A stretch of DNA of 64,000 nucleotides from Thermoplasmata archaeon (GCA_035502015.1 DATJVA010000001.1:676-64675), one strand, 5' to 3'; counted from the first letter of the stretch, positions 19,286 to 29,458 are shown. The notes: generated by a model not told the origin, from the sequence alone. A program made the numbers and translations.

Positions 19286-20395
19286 ATGCCGTCCGAGGAC
19301 GCCACTCCACCGGCCGTCGCTCGGGCGATCGTCGGAAGCGCGGTTGCTGCCCGACGGGGAGAGCACGTCGTCGTGGTCTCCTGGAACCACACCCTTCCCT
19401 GGGCGGCCGCCTGCGTCACCGAACTGCGCCGCGTCGGAGCCCGCGCGCTCCTCCTTCTCGAGGACGAGGGGGCGTTCTGGCGAAGCGTGGATAGCGCGGC
19501 GCCGACCCGTCGATGGGCGGGACTCACGCGACCGGTCCGTGCCGCGCTCGCCCATTCCGACGCGCTCGTCTACTTCCCCGGACCGGCCGACCGACCGCGG
19601 CTCCATGGTCTGCCTACCCACCTCCTCGCACCGTTCGTGGGAGCGGATGACGAGTGGTTCGCGGCGACCCGCCGCTCGGGTGTGAGGGCGGTCCGATGTC
19701 TGCTCGGATACGCCTCGGACGCGCAGGCCGAGCACTGGGGCGTCCCCGGGGCGATGTGGCGGAGCCAACTGATCCGAGGGATCACCGATGTCGATTACGG
19801 AGACCTCCGCAACGACGGCGAACGGGCTGCCGCGCTTCTCGCCCACGGTCGGGAGCTGCGTCTCACGGCGGCGAACGGCACTGACCTCAAGCTCCGCCTC
19901 CGGGGCCGTGGCCCTTGGGTGGACGACGGAGTCGTCGACGCCGCGGACCGCCGGCGGGGCCGGCTGCTGGCGAGCTCGCCGGCCGGCGCGGTGGTGGTGG
20001 CGGTCGACGAGGGGTCCGCCGAAGGGACGGTGGTCGCGAACCGCCCGAGCTACCTTTCGCCCGGCCGGGTCGACGGCGCGCAGTGGGAGGTCGAGGCCGG
20101 TCGCCTCCGCAACTACTGGTACACCGACGGGGGAGGGGCGTTCGAGACCGAGTTCTCGCGCGCGCCTCGCGGCCGGGAGACGGTCGGGCTGTTCGCCCTC
20201 GGACTGAATCCGGCATTACCCCCCGGAGTACCGCAGGCCGAGGACCAGGAGGCCGGGACGGTCACGCTGGCGATCGGAGGGAACACCCTCTACGGGGGAC
20301 GGAATCGGTGCCGGTTCCTCTCGTGGATCACCGTCGGGGAGGCGACGGTCGCCGTGGATGGCGCGCCGCTCTGCGACCGCGGCAAGGTCCTCTAG
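19286..20395 (+). CDS. M29 (aminopeptidase T)-like protein, probably catalytically inactive
   Basis: LRLTAANGTDL, VDDGV, GLFALGLNP and GTVTLAIGGN..YGG.N match the M29 layout, but the metal ligands appear replaced. Confidence 0.7.
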   Translation: MPSEDATPPAVARAIVGSAVAARRGEHVVVVSWNHTLPWAAACVTELRRVGARALLLLEDEGAFWRSVDSAAPTRRWAGLTRPVRAALAHSDALVYFPGPADRPRLHGLPTHLLAPFVGADDEWFAATRRSGVRAVRCLLGYASDAQAEHWGVPGAMWRSQLIRGITDVDYGDLRNDGERAAALLAHGRELRLTAANGTDLKLRLRGRGPWVDDGVVDAADRRRGRLLASSPAGAVVVAVDEGSAEGTVVANRPSYLSPGRVDGAQWEVEAGRLRNYWYTDGGGAFETEFSRAPRGRETVGLFALGLNPALPPGVPQAEDQEAGTVTLAIGGNTLYGGRNRCRFLSWITVGEATVAVDGAPLCDRGKVL

Positions 20396-20984
20396 AACGG
20401 GAGCGGGCCGGCGGGCCGGTCGGCGATTCTTCGACCGCCCCGCGTCCCGGGTCGCCCGTGACCTTCTCGGGGCGGGGTTGGTCGTCCGGTCGGGCCGGAC
20501 GAAGAGGTCGGTCCGCATCGTCGAGACCGAAGCGTACGTACGGAACGACCCGGCGAGCCACGCCTTCCGGGGACCCACGACGCGGAACCGGTCGATGTTC
20601 TCCTTGCCGGGCACGCTCTACGTGTATCGGATCCACCAGGTCGTCTGCGCGAACCTGGTCGCTCGATGGGGAGAGGCGGTGCTGGTGCGGTCCGGCGCCG
20701 CTGTCGGCGTCCCCCCCGCGACCGCCTCGGGGCCCGGCCGGTTATGTCGGTATCTTGGGATCACGCACGCGGACGACGGGTCGGATGCCGTGGCCGGGGG
20801 TCGTGTCGAGGTTCGCCTTCCCAGGACGCCATCCCCTCCAGTGGTCGTCGGTCCCCGTATCGGTATCCGGAAGGCGGTCGACCGACCGCTCCGGTTCTAT
20901 GTCGCCGGCGAACCGGCCGTCTCTCGTCCGCGTCCCGTCCAGCGGTCCACGAGGGCGGCCCAACGGCCGCGCTCCGGCGACTGA
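20358..20984 (+). CDS. mpg: 3-methyladenine DNA glycosylase (MPG/AAG family)
   Basis: VARDLLG, RIVETEAY, DPASHA.RG.T.RN..MF, YVY, SGPGRLC, GPRIGI; start uncertain. Confidence 0.92.
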   Translation: MARRSATAARSSRTGAGRRAGRRFFDRPASRVARDLLGAGLVVRSGRTKRSVRIVETEAYVRNDPASHAFRGPTTRNRSMFSLPGTLYVYRIHQVVCANLVARWGEAVLVRSGAAVGVPPATASGPGRLCRYLGITHADDGSDAVAGGRVEVRLPRTPSPPVVVGPRIGIRKAVDRPLRFYVAGEPAVSRPRPVQRSTRAAQRPRSGD

Positions 20985-20995
20985 GGACGGGCTAC

Positions 20996-21157
20996 CTACT
21001 TCAGCTTCTTCCAGTCGTACCCACGCCGTCGCGCGGTGTTGCCGAAGCCGCACGACGCGCAGACGTTCTTCTGGCGGTGGTACGAGTGGCGACCGCAGCG
21101 GCGGCAGATGATGTGAACGATCTTTCCTCCGCGGCGGGACGGTGTTCCCTTTCCCAT
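20996..21157 (-). CDS. rpl37e: 50S ribosomal protein L37e
   Basis: MGKGTPS...HIICRRCGRHSYH.QK.VCASCGFG; GGAGG upstream; follows Sm in a conserved archaeal pair. Confidence 0.96.
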   Translation of the reverse strand: MGKGTPSRRGGKIVHIICRRCGRHSYHRQKNVCASCGFGNTARRRGYDWKKLK

Positions 21158-21168
21158 GGTTCGCCTCC

Positions 21169-21381
21169 TTACGGTGAGATGTAGACGATCGAATCGCCGC
21201 GCACGAGCGTCAGCCCGGAGCGAGGTGTCACTTGGTCCTTCACGACCTCTTCGGCCTGAGAGAGGACCAGGTTCAAGTGCTGGTCGAACGCGTCCAGATT
21301 GCCCCGGAACGAGCGTCCGCCCTTCAGCTCCACCAGGACGCGCTTGTGGAGGCTCTGCTGCAGGGCATCGAGCGGCTTCAT
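21169..21381 (-). CDS. Sm-like (Lsm/SmAP1) RNA-binding protein
   Basis: PLDAL..SL.KRVLVELKGGR.FRG.L.AFDQHLNLVL; LVRGDSIVYISP. Confidence 0.95.
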   Translation of the reverse strand: MKPLDALQQSLHKRVLVELKGGRSFRGNLDAFDQHLNLVLSQAEEVVKDQVTPRSGLTLVRGDSIVYISP

Positions 21382-21420
21382 CGTTCGTCGCGAGGGAGCG
21401 GTGCAGACCGGGTGGGCTTT

Positions 21421-22140
21421 TTAACGGTTGGGGCCGACGACCGACCGGCGTGCCTTCCCCGTCCACCCCTCCAGAGTGGACACCACCGCGAGCGCCTCGG
21501 CCCGGGACGGACGCCGGGCCGCCCCCGCGCGGGAGAGAACCGCCTCGAGGTGACGCGCGAGGGAGACGGGTGCGGACCGCGCTCGGAGCTGGAAGAACCG
21601 GCCCGGGAGAACCTGGGGCAACACTTCCTCGAAGAGCATTCGCTCGAACCGGCCGACCGCCTCGTGCCGAGCCCGAAGTCGCCTCGGGTGGCGCTCCGCG
21701 TCCCGACGGGCGCGGGCGGCCCGCTCGCGGGCGGTCGTGTGGAGGTAGACCGTGAGGTCGGGGACCCCGAGGGCACCTCTCCGGACGAGCGACCGGGCAC
21801 TCCGGACGAGGGTCCGGCCCACGGACGCCGGGGAGCCACCGATCGTGACGAGGCCGAGCGTGTACGTGACGGGACCGAGGAAACCGGTGTCGGCCAGCAC
21901 GGTCTCCCCCTGCTCGCACAGCCGGCGCGCTTCCCGGTAGCGATGAGTCTCCTCTGCGAGCAGAGTCTCCTCGAGCCGCAAGAGCTCGAGAGAGGAGTCG
22001 AACTCGATCGACGGGGACGGGTCGAGGCGGTCGACGGCCTCGGAGAGGGGTCGCCAGCCGTATCGTCGCGCCGCGACGCGGACGAGCGTCGACTTTCCGG
22101 AGGCAGAGCCCCCCTCGAGCGCCACCAGCCGGCCCCGCAT
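21421..22140 (-). CDS. P-loop nucleoside/nucleotide kinase-like protein (TMK/dNK fold)
   Basis: LVALEGGSASGKST; VLADTGF; PDLTVYL; ATG at 22140. Confidence 0.7.
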   Translation of the reverse strand: MRGRLVALEGGSASGKSTLVRVAARRYGWRPLSEAVDRLDPSPSIEFDSSLELLRLEETLLAEETHRYREARRLCEQGETVLADTGFLGPVTYTLGLVTIGGSPASVGRTLVRSARSLVRRGALGVPDLTVYLHTTARERAARARRDAERHPRRLRARHEAVGRFERMLFEEVLPQVLPGRFFQLRARSAPVSLARHLEAVLSRAGAARRPSRAEALAVVSTLEGWTGKARRSVVGPNR

Positions 22141-22240
22141 CTTCGCTTCTCCGCTCCGCCGTCGTAGTCCCTCGCCCGCGGAAAACCGTGCCGTCGTCAT
22201 CACCGCCAGCTTTTCCCGAACCGAGAGCATCCCCGGTGCG

Positions 22241-23533
22241 GTGCCCGAGCCTTCCGAGCCTTCCGCAGCGCGACGGCGCATTCCGGCCCGGGTCCTCGAG
22301 GTGGACTCCCTGGCCGACGTCGCCCGAGAGGTGGCGCGGACCGAAAGCGACCCCGAGGGGGTGGCGATCATGACCCGGAAGGGTCGGATCTATCCGGTCC
22401 GGCTGGACGGGATCTCGCTCAAGGCGGCCCCGCTCCTCAAACAGGAGACGCTCTCGGTCGGGGCCGACTCGGCGCACGCCCGCGGGATCGCCGACCACTC
22501 GGTCGCGACGACCTCGGTCGTGATCCTGGCGACGTGGGGACAGTACCAGCGGCTCCTCCCGAAGCTCCGGCGCCAACCGTTCCGCCTCGCGGACGCGGCC
22601 GCCGAGATCGACCACGCCCTGAGGGCCTACGTCGCGCGCACCCCGCGGACGGTCCGCGGCCCGCACCGCTCGTTCCTCGTCGGGGACCGGCCCCAGGTCA
22701 TGGGGGTCCTCAACGTCACTCCCGACTCGTTCTCGGATGGGGGCCTCCACATGGACCCGAAGGAGGCGGTCGCGCACGCCGAGCGCCTGGTCGACGAAGG
22801 GGCGGCGATGATCGACATCGGCGGGGAGTCGACCCGGCCGGGAGCGGCCCCTGTCTCTCCGGACGCGGAATGGGCTCGGGTCGGGCCGGTCCTCGCGGGA
22901 CTTTCCGGTCGCCTACCGGTCCCGATCTCGATCGACACGCGGCACGCGGAGGTGGCCGCCAAGGCGGTCGACGCGGGGGCCGATGTCGTGAACGACATCG
23001 AGGGCCTCCGGTCCGAGGCGATGCGTCGGGTCGTCGCGAAGAGCGGGGCGGCCGTGATCGCGATGCACATGCGCGGAGACCCGACGACGATGCAGTCGAA
23101 CCTGGTCTACGGCGACCTGCGCGGGGAGGTGTTCTCGTGGCTCGCGGCGTCGACGGAGCGGGCGATCGCGGAAGGGGTACCTGCCGACCGGATCCTCATC
23201 GACCCGGGCCTCGGGTTCGGAAAGTCCGCCGAACAGTCGCTCGAGCTCCTCCTGCACGTCGGGGAGTTCCGGAGCCTCGGATACCCGGTCGTGGTCGGAG
23301 CGTCGCGGAAATCGTTCCTCGGCTGGGTCCTCGGCATCGAGGCGCCGGGCCCTCGCCTTGAGGCGGGGATCGCCGCGGCCGTCGTCGCCGCGGAGCGGGG
23401 GGCGGCGATCGTCCGCACGCACGATGTGGGGCCGACCGTGCGAGCGCTCGAGGTCGTGCGGGCCGCGCGGGAGCTCGCGAACAGCGCACCGGCCGCGTCC
23501 GAGCTCGATGCGTCGGACCCGGACGCGCCCTAG
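22241..23533 (+). CDS. folP: Dihydropteroate synthase with an N-terminal extension of about 150 aa
   Basis: MGVLNVTPDSFSDGG, IDIGGESTRPG, ISIDT, IDPGLGFGK, GASRKSF, VRTHDV. Confidence 0.95.
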   Translation: MPEPSEPSAARRRIPARVLEVDSLADVAREVARTESDPEGVAIMTRKGRIYPVRLDGISLKAAPLLKQETLSVGADSAHARGIADHSVATTSVVILATWGQYQRLLPKLRRQPFRLADAAAEIDHALRAYVARTPRTVRGPHRSFLVGDRPQVMGVLNVTPDSFSDGGLHMDPKEAVAHAERLVDEGAAMIDIGGESTRPGAAPVSPDAEWARVGPVLAGLSGRLPVPISIDTRHAEVAAKAVDAGADVVNDIEGLRSEAMRRVVAKSGAAVIAMHMRGDPTTMQSNLVYGDLRGEVFSWLAASTERAIAEGVPADRILIDPGLGFGKSAEQSLELLLHVGEFRSLGYPVVVGASRKSFLGWVLGIEAPGPRLEAGIAAAVVAAERGAAIVRTHDVGPTVRALEVVRAARELANSAPAASELDASDPDAP

Positions 23534-23534
23534 G

Positions 23535-23735
23535 CTAGGCGTCGTCGGTCGGCGGAGGAGCGACCGGGCTCCCATCGTCCCGGACCTCGGTCTCGAAGAC
23601 GAGCGAGCCCATGTAGTCGCACTTCTGGCAGTGGTACACCTGGCCGACGATCGACCCGGCGATCAGCGAGACCCTCACCGACCCGCACTTCGGGCAGAGG
23701 AGGACGGTCTTACCCTGTTTTGCCCGACGACGCAT
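23535..23735 (-). CDS. Small CPxCG zinc-ribbon protein
   Basis: CPKCGS...[10 protein letters not shown]; overlaps the gyrA 3' end. Confidence 0.7.
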   Translation of the reverse strand: MRRRAKQGKTVLLCPKCGSVRVSLIAGSIVGQVYHCQKCDYMGSLVFETEVRDDGSPVAPPPTDDA

Positions 23736-26364
23736 CGTCGTCCTCCGCGTCGTCATCGCCCTCGTCGTCCGGAGCGGGAGTGTCGGAGCCGTCCTCCTCG
23801 GGGGTCTCCTCCTCGTCGGAGGTCTCCTCGTCCGCCGGAGGCTCAGGAGACTCCGGGCCCGGCTCGGGGGAAGGCTTCGCGCCGGACCCGGCCGGTGCGC
23901 TCGTTTCGATCGGGGGCTCGAGGATGACGGCGTCGCGCACGGTATCGCCCTCGCCGAGGCGGATGACGCGTACGCCGAGAGTGTTCCGGGCCTGGGACCG
24001 GATCCCCTTCACGGCCATGCGGATCGTGATCCCGTGCTCGGTCGTGACGAGCGCCTCGCTCGCGTCCGTCGTCGGGAGGACGGCGACGACCGACCCGTTG
24101 CGACCGCCGGTCTTGATCGTCCGGACCCCCTTCGCGCCGCGGCGCGTGCGGCGGTAGTCCGCGGTCGGGCTCCTCTTACCGTAGCCGGTCGTCGTGAGCG
24201 AGAGCAGCATCGGGAACCGTTCGTCGACGGGCGCCATCGCCACCACCTTGTCGCCCTTCTCCTCGGAGAGCCGGACCCCGATCACCCCGTACGTCGCGCG
24301 GCCCATCGGCCGCACCTCGGTGAGCGGGAACCGCACGAGCTGGCCGGCGAGCGTCGCGAGGATGATCTCGGTCGCCTCGTTCTCCACGAGGACGACGTCG
24401 ACGAGCTCGTCCCCCTCCTCGAGGAGGACCGCCTGGATGCCGTTCGTCCGGATGTTCTGGTACTCGTCGAGGTTCGTCCGCTTCACGATCCCCTTGCGCG
24501 TCGCGAAGACGAGCGAGCCCGCCGCGGCGATGTCCTTGAGCGGAAGCAGGGTCTGCACGCGCTCGCCGTCCTTGAGTTTCGGGAGGAGGTTGATCACCGC
24601 CTTCCCTTTCGAGTGGCGGCTCCCCTCGGGGAGCTCGTACGCCTTCAGCCGGTAGACGCGGCCGAGGTTGGTGAGGAACAGCACGTCGTCGTGCGTTCGC
24701 GTGACGAAGGTACGGATGACGAAATCCTCCTCCTTCGTCTCCATCTGGATCAGCCCTCGCCCTCCCCGGCGCTGGCGCCGGTACTGGTCGAGCGGGAGCC
24801 GCTTGACGTAGCCGTCCCGGGTGACCAGGACCACGACGTCCATGTCGGGGATCAGGTCCTCGAGGGTGCGCTCGGTGAACGCCGGGACGATGCGGGTCCG
24901 GCGCTCGTCCCCGAACCGCTTCTTGAGGTCGGTGAGCTCGTCCGCGATCAGCTGGTCGAGCAGCTTCGGGGAGGCGAGCACCGCCTTGAGCTGTTTCGCG
25001 AGGGCCTCCTTCTCCGCCTTCTCCTTCTCGACCGACTCGCGCTCGAGCGCGGTCAGACGCGCGAGCCGCATGTCGAGGATCGCCTTCGCCTGCTCGCTCG
25101 AGAGGAGGAACTTTCCCATCAGGTTCGTCTCGGCGACCTGGACGTCCTTCGAGCGGCGGATGATCCGGATCACCTCGTCGATGTGGTCGATCGCGGTGAG
25201 GAACCCCTCGAGAAGGTGGAGGCGCTCCTCGGTCTTCCGAAGGTCGAACTTCGTCCGGCGGGTGAGGATGGTCCGCCGGTGGTCGATGTGCAGCGCGAGC
25301 AGCTCGAGCAGCGAAAGGACCCTCGGGTGCCCTTCGACGAGACAGAGGTTGATCACGCCGAAGCTCGTCTCGAGCGGTGTGTGCTCGTACAGCCGGTTCA
25401 GGACGATCTCGGACGGAGCGTCGCGACGCAGCTCGAGCACGACGCTCGTCCCGTGGCGGTCCGATTCGTCCCTCAGGTCGGTGATCCCGTCGACCCGCTT
25501 TCCCTTGACAAGGTCGGCGATCAGCTGGAGAAGGTCGGCCTTGTTGACCTCGTACGGGATCTCGGTGAGGACGATCTCGTCCTTCCCCGCACGCTCGCGG
25601 ATCTCCGCGGTCCCGCGCAGGTGGATCATGCCGCGGCCGGTCTCGTACGCCTCTCGGATCCCTTCCGTCGAGAGGTAGCCGCCCGTCGGGAAGTCCGGTC
25701 CCGGAACGACCTTCATCACGTCGTCGAGGGTCGCATCGGGGTGGGCGAGGAGCAGAAGGAGCGCGTCGACGACCTCCCCGAGGTTGTGGGGGGGCATGTT
25801 GGTCGCCATGCCGACCGCGATGCCGGCCGAGCCGTTGACGAGCAGATTGGGGACCTTCGAGGGCAACAGGAGCGGTTCCTTCAGGGTCCCGTCGAAGTTG
25901 TCGTTCCACTCCACCGTCTCCTTCTCGATATCGAGAAGGAGCTCCTCGGCGATCGCCGACAGCCGCGCCTCGGTGTACCGCATCGCGGCGGGGGAGTCGC
26001 CGTCGATCGAACCGAAGTTCCCCTGACCGTCGATGAGCGGGTAGCGCAGGCTGAACGGCTGCGCCATCCGAACGAGCGCATCGTACACGGCGAGGTCGCC
26101 GTGCGGGTGGTACTTCCCGAGCACCTCGCCGACCGTGCGCGCGCTCTTGCGGTACGCCCGGTCGTGGGTCGCCCCGGACTCCCACATCGACCAGAGGATG
26201 CGTCGGTGGACCGGCTTCAGGCCGTCACCGGCGAGCGGCAGAGCCCGCCCGACGATGACGCTCATCGCGTAATCGATGTACGAGCGGTGCATCTCCTGCT
26301 CGAGCGCGCGGTCGTGGACCCGGTCGATCGGCGCTTCCGGGACCTCGGTCGGCGGCGCGCTCAT
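23710..26364 (-). CDS. gyrA: DNA gyrase subunit A
   Basis: [29 protein letters not shown] (catalytic Tyr), GyrA box QRRGGRG, beta-pinwheel repeats, acidic tail; ATG at 26364. Confidence 0.97.
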   Translation of the reverse strand: MSAPPTEVPEAPIDRVHDRALEQEMHRSYIDYAMSVIVGRALPLAGDGLKPVHRRILWSMWESGATHDRAYRKSARTVGEVLGKYHPHGDLAVYDALVRMAQPFSLRYPLIDGQGNFGSIDGDSPAAMRYTEARLSAIAEELLLDIEKETVEWNDNFDGTLKEPLLLPSKVPNLLVNGSAGIAVGMATNMPPHNLGEVVDALLLLLAHPDATLDDVMKVVPGPDFPTGGYLSTEGIREAYETGRGMIHLRGTAEIRERAGKDEIVLTEIPYEVNKADLLQLIADLVKGKRVDGITDLRDESDRHGTSVVLELRRDAPSEIVLNRLYEHTPLETSFGVINLCLVEGHPRVLSLLELLALHIDHRRTILTRRTKFDLRKTEERLHLLEGFLTAIDHIDEVIRIIRRSKDVQVAETNLMGKFLLSSEQAKAILDMRLARLTALERESVEKEKAEKEALAKQLKAVLASPKLLDQLIADELTDLKKRFGDERRTRIVPAFTERTLEDLIPDMDVVVLVTRDGYVKRLPLDQYRRQRRGGRGLIQMETKEEDFVIRTFVTRTHDDVLFLTNLGRVYRLKAYELPEGSRHSKGKAVINLLPKLKDGERVQTLLPLKDIAAAGSLVFATRKGIVKRTNLDEYQNIRTNGIQAVLLEEGDELVDVVLVENEATEIILATLAGQLVRFPLTEVRPMGRATYGVIGVRLSEEKGDKVVAMAPVDERFPMLLSLTTTGYGKRSPTADYRRTRRGAKGVRTIKTGGRNGSVVAVLPTTDASEALVTTEHGITIRMAVKGIRSQARNTLGVRVIRLGEGDTVRDAVILEPPIETSAPAGSGAKPSPEPGPESPEPPADEETSDEEETPEEDGSDTPAPDDEGDDDAEDDDASSGKTG

Positions 26365-27758
26365 GGAGCGGACCCCTCGGTCGGACCGAGCTGCTCGGCG
26401 ATGACCCGGTCGGCCGCCGCGAGGAACGTGTCGCGCGTCCCGTGCGGGATCGTCGCCCCGCTCGCCACGCGATGGCCTCCTCCTTCGCCGCCGACGCTCG
26501 CGGCCGCGACCCGGCAGGCCGCCGCGAGGTCGAGGCCCCGGTCGACCTGCCGGAGCAGTCCCCGGGAGCTCACCTTGGTCGGTCCCGGGTCGCCGCTCGA
26601 GAAGACGAACACCGGATGGTCGGGCGGAAGAAGGTAGTTCATCGCGAGACCGGCCTGAGTGCCCGCGAGGGTGGTCTCGGGGCTCTCGAACCACCGGAGG
26701 AATCGCAGCGAATTAACCCCGTCGTTCTCGACCCTCAGGAGCCCCCGGAGGATGCCCGCCCGCCACTCGCTCTCCGCCGTGCGGACCCGTTCCGCGGAAC
26801 GGCCGTCGCCGAGGGCGTACGCGACCCCCACTCCCGGGACCCCCGCCCGACCGGCGGCGTTCTGAAGGTTCGCCACCTCCTCGGCGTCGAGCCCGAGCGA
26901 CGGCACGAACCAGCGTTCCTGGTCGACGACGTTCGCCGACTCGGGGACCACGCCGGCCCGGGTCAACCGTTCCTTGAGGGCCGTGACGAGTCTTCGGCCC
27001 TCCGTATCGGTGAGCTTGGCGGGCGAGCGGGCCGGGTCGAGTCCCAGCTCGTTCAGGAACGGCCCGACCGCCTCGCGGCGGCCGGAGAGCCCCCGGACGA
27101 ACGGGTCGATGCTGTTCGTGAGCGCGTCGCCGAGGCTCGGACCGAACAGCGCGACCCCGGGCCGGCGCACGATGTGCGACCGGCGCACGGCCTCGTCGAC
27201 GAGCAGCGCGTTGAGGCCGCGGAACCCGCCGATGTGCTGGCGGTCGGCGATCGCCCCGGAGAGTCCCCACGGGGCGTTGTCCCAGTTCACCGGGTCGAGG
27301 AAGACGGTGTAGAGCCACGTGAGCGTCGAGGCGCACAGCTCGTTCATCCCGTCGACGCCCCAGTCGAGAGGGTTCACGAACGCGACGTGCGGGGGAAGGG
27401 CCGGAGGGTTCGGCACCCCCGGGTACTTGTGGTGGTCGAGGACGACCACGGGCTGACGGTGCTCGGCGAACAGGTCGAGCCAGCTCGCGCCCGTATCGAC
27501 CACGAGCACCGGGCCCGCGGTCGCGCCGAGGAGAGCGGAGACCCGGTCCCGCTCGACGCCCGTGAGCGCGGTCGCCTGAGCCGGGTAGCCGAGGCGCTGG
27601 AGCGCGCGGAGGGCACAGGAAGCGGCCGCGATCCCGTCCCCGTCATAGTGGTAGATCACCCGCCAACGCTGAGGGTGGGCGAGGAGGACAGAGCGGGCGC
27701 GCTCGAACTCGTAAGTGTAGCGAGGGTCAGCGACGAGTCCGTCCGGACCCGAGGGCAT
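26361..27758 (-). CDS. DHH-family phosphoesterase, RecJ/Cdc45-like
   Basis: HYDGDG, VVDTG, LDHH, GAIADRQ and GGGH..ASG (DHHA1); follows rps15 as is common in archaea. Confidence 0.9.
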   Translation of the reverse strand: MPSGPDGLVADPRYTYEFERARSVLLAHPQRWRVIYHYDGDGIAAASCALRALQRLGYPAQATALTGVERDRVSALLGATAGPVLVVDTGASWLDLFAEHRQPVVVLDHHKYPGVPNPPALPPHVAFVNPLDWGVDGMNELCASTLTWLYTVFLDPVNWDNAPWGLSGAIADRQHIGGFRGLNALLVDEAVRRSHIVRRPGVALFGPSLGDALTNSIDPFVRGLSGRREAVGPFLNELGLDPARSPAKLTDTEGRRLVTALKERLTRAGVVPESANVVDQERWFVPSLGLDAEEVANLQNAAGRAGVPGVGVAYALGDGRSAERVRTAESEWRAGILRGLLRVENDGVNSLRFLRWFESPETTLAGTQAGLAMNYLLPPDHPVFVFSSGDPGPTKVSSRGLLRQVDRGLDLAAACRVAAASVGGEGGGHRVASGATIPHGTRDTFLAAADRVIAEQLGPTEGSAP

Positions 27759-28213
27759 CACTCCACCTGGAGCGCCGCCGCGGCGGCCGTGTACCGCCAC
27801 GATTCGGGGATCCGCTTGCGCTGCCGGTAGTAGCGGGCCAGGCGGCGGATGCGGGACTCCATCAGCGTGAGGCCCCGGCGGTTCGAGAGGTCCTTCGGGT
27901 GCGACTCGAGGTGCCGCTGAAGGTGGACGACCCGCTTCAGGAGCGCCTGGAGGTCGTCCGGGATCTCGGAAGGGACGCCGGCCTCCTTGAGGAGCACCCC
28001 GAGTCGCTTTCCCGTGACCGCCCGCGCCGAGGGAACGCCAAAGCCGTCGCGCAGGTTCATCCCGACCTGCGCCGCGGAGATGCCCGCCTTCGACTGCTGG
28101 ACCGCCTGGGCGACCAGCTCCTCTTCGGTCACGGTGACCCACGCCGGCTTCGTGAGGGGGTACGGCCGGTGCGACCCGGCGCGCCCTTTGTGCCCGGAGT
28201 GGATCCGCGACAT
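27758..28213 (-). CDS. rps15: 30S ribosomal protein S15 (uS15/S13e)
   Basis: MSRIHS..KG.AGS.RP; IPDDL..LLKR; KDLSNRRGL.L.ESRIRRLARYY. Confidence 0.97.
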   Translation of the reverse strand: MSRIHSGHKGRAGSHRPYPLTKPAWVTVTEEELVAQAVQQSKAGISAAQVGMNLRDGFGVPSARAVTGKRLGVLLKEAGVPSEIPDDLQALLKRVVHLQRHLESHPKDLSNRRGLTLMESRIRRLARYYRQRKRIPESWRYTAAAAALQVE

Positions 28214-28237
28214 GGGTTCGCGGGGACACTCGTCCGC

Positions 28238-28249
28238 TACTTAACGGTT
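28238..28249 (-). promoter_or_regulatory. Putative BRE/TATA promoter of the rps15 operon
   Basis: AACCGTTAAGTA on the minus strand about 28 nt before the ATG; the same AACCGTTA lies upstream of the Sm and GrpB genes. Confidence 0.55.
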
Positions 28250-28295
28250 GGTGCGTTCGGCCATTCTACCGAGGGTAAACCGGACGTCCGCGCGG

Positions 28296-28640
28296 TCAGC
28301 GGATGCGGTCGATCTGCTTCGAACTTTCGATGAGGAACCGCTTCCCCTCGGTCGTGATGCGGTACGCCGCGGGGGCGAGGCCACGGGACGGGGACGCCCC
28401 GGGACCGCCGGCCTGTACGTTGACCATCCCGTTGCGGACAAGGAGCCCGAGCACGAGGGGCACCTTCACCTGGTCGAGCTTGATCGCCCAGAAGTCGGAG
28501 AGGAGCCTCTCGATCTCCCGAAGCTCGAGCGTCTGGCGATGCTCGTGGCCCTCGTGCATCGACTCGACCCGGTTGAGCTGCTGCAGGACGGCGATCAGCG
28601 TGGCCCGTACCGGGTCGGGTTTCGCTTCCGCGGACGCCAT
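28296..28640 (-). CDS. Winged-helix-like hypothetical protein (paralog 1)
   Basis: C-terminal LVRNGMV...YRITTEGKRFL wing motif; TTTAAGTA about 28 nt upstream. Confidence 0.7.
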   Translation of the reverse strand: MASAEAKPDPVRATLIAVLQQLNRVESMHEGHEHRQTLELREIERLLSDFWAIKLDQVKVPLVLGLLVRNGMVNVQAGGPGASPSRGLAPAAYRITTEGKRFLIESSKQIDRIR

Positions 28641-28706
28641 CCGGGCAAGTCTACGCGGGCCTCGGGTACTTAAACTGCGCCGCTTCGGCGCGGTGCACGT
28701 CGCCGA

Positions 28707-29045
28707 TTACTCGACGCGGCCCGTGCGGCGGAGCCGCGAGATGAGGAACGCCTTCCCCTGGGTCGTGATCGCGTAGCGCGTCGCGACGACCCGTCCCCGC
28801 TCCCACGAGTACGCGGGGTCCTCCAGGCAGCGGGCCAGTCCGTTCCCGACGAGCACGGTGACGGCCCTCTCGACGTCGGGGCACGTGACCATGGGAAGCG
28901 GCCCACGACCGAGGATGTGATGGAGCTCGTCGACCTCGAGACCCGAATCGGTCCCGGCCTCGTTTTCGGAACGGTTCAGCTGCTTCAGGACCTCAACGAG
29001 CTCGTCACCGAGCTCCGCGGCCGCTTCGAGCGGAGAGAGCGCCAT
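28707..29045 (-). CDS. Winged-helix-like hypothetical protein (paralog 2)
   Basis: VLKQLNRSE...LVGNGLA...YAITTQGKAFLI, similar to the neighbouring gene; ATG at 29045. Confidence 0.7.
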   Translation of the reverse strand: MALSPLEAAAELGDELVEVLKQLNRSENEAGTDSGLEVDELHHILGRGPLPMVTCPDVERAVTVLVGNGLARCLEDPAYSWERGRVVATRYAITTQGKAFLISRLRRTGRVE

Positions 29046-29138
29046 CGCGCCCAACGTTTCGTAGGAGGGGGCATTTGAACGTATCCTTCCAGCAGAGGAG
29101 CGGGCTTTTAGGTGCGCACGGCAGGTACCCTTTCGCCC

Positions 29139-29447
29139 ATGGCATGCACGTGCCGAAACCCGGCCCGATGTCCGATCTGCAACACGCCCGTGCGGGTTCC
29201 GCTGACGAACCTTGAGAGCTCGGCGGGGGCCGCGATCCTCGTGGAGAAGTTCGCTCGCCGGGACACCTCGTCGTCGCGCGAGGGGCTCCGTGGCCTGATC
29301 CAGGGATGGGCGAGCTGTCCGTCGTGCGGGCACACCATCTCGTTCGAGCACTCTCGGCAGTGCTTCGCGTCGGCGCTCAGCTCCGCCGGTGTCCCGATGG
29401 CCGAGCGTGAAGCGATCCTCTCCAAGATCACGTTCCCCGAGGGCTGA
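29139..29447 (+). CDS. Small Cys-rich putative zinc-binding protein
   Basis: CTC....CPIC and CPSCGH; CTTTTA about 30 nt upstream of the ATG. Confidence 0.6.
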   Translation: MACTCRNPARCPICNTPVRVPLTNLESSAGAAILVEKFARRDTSSSREGLRGLIQGWASCPSCGHTISFEHSRQCFASALSSAGVPMAEREAILSKITFPEG

Positions 29448-29458
29448 CGGGGACGCGC

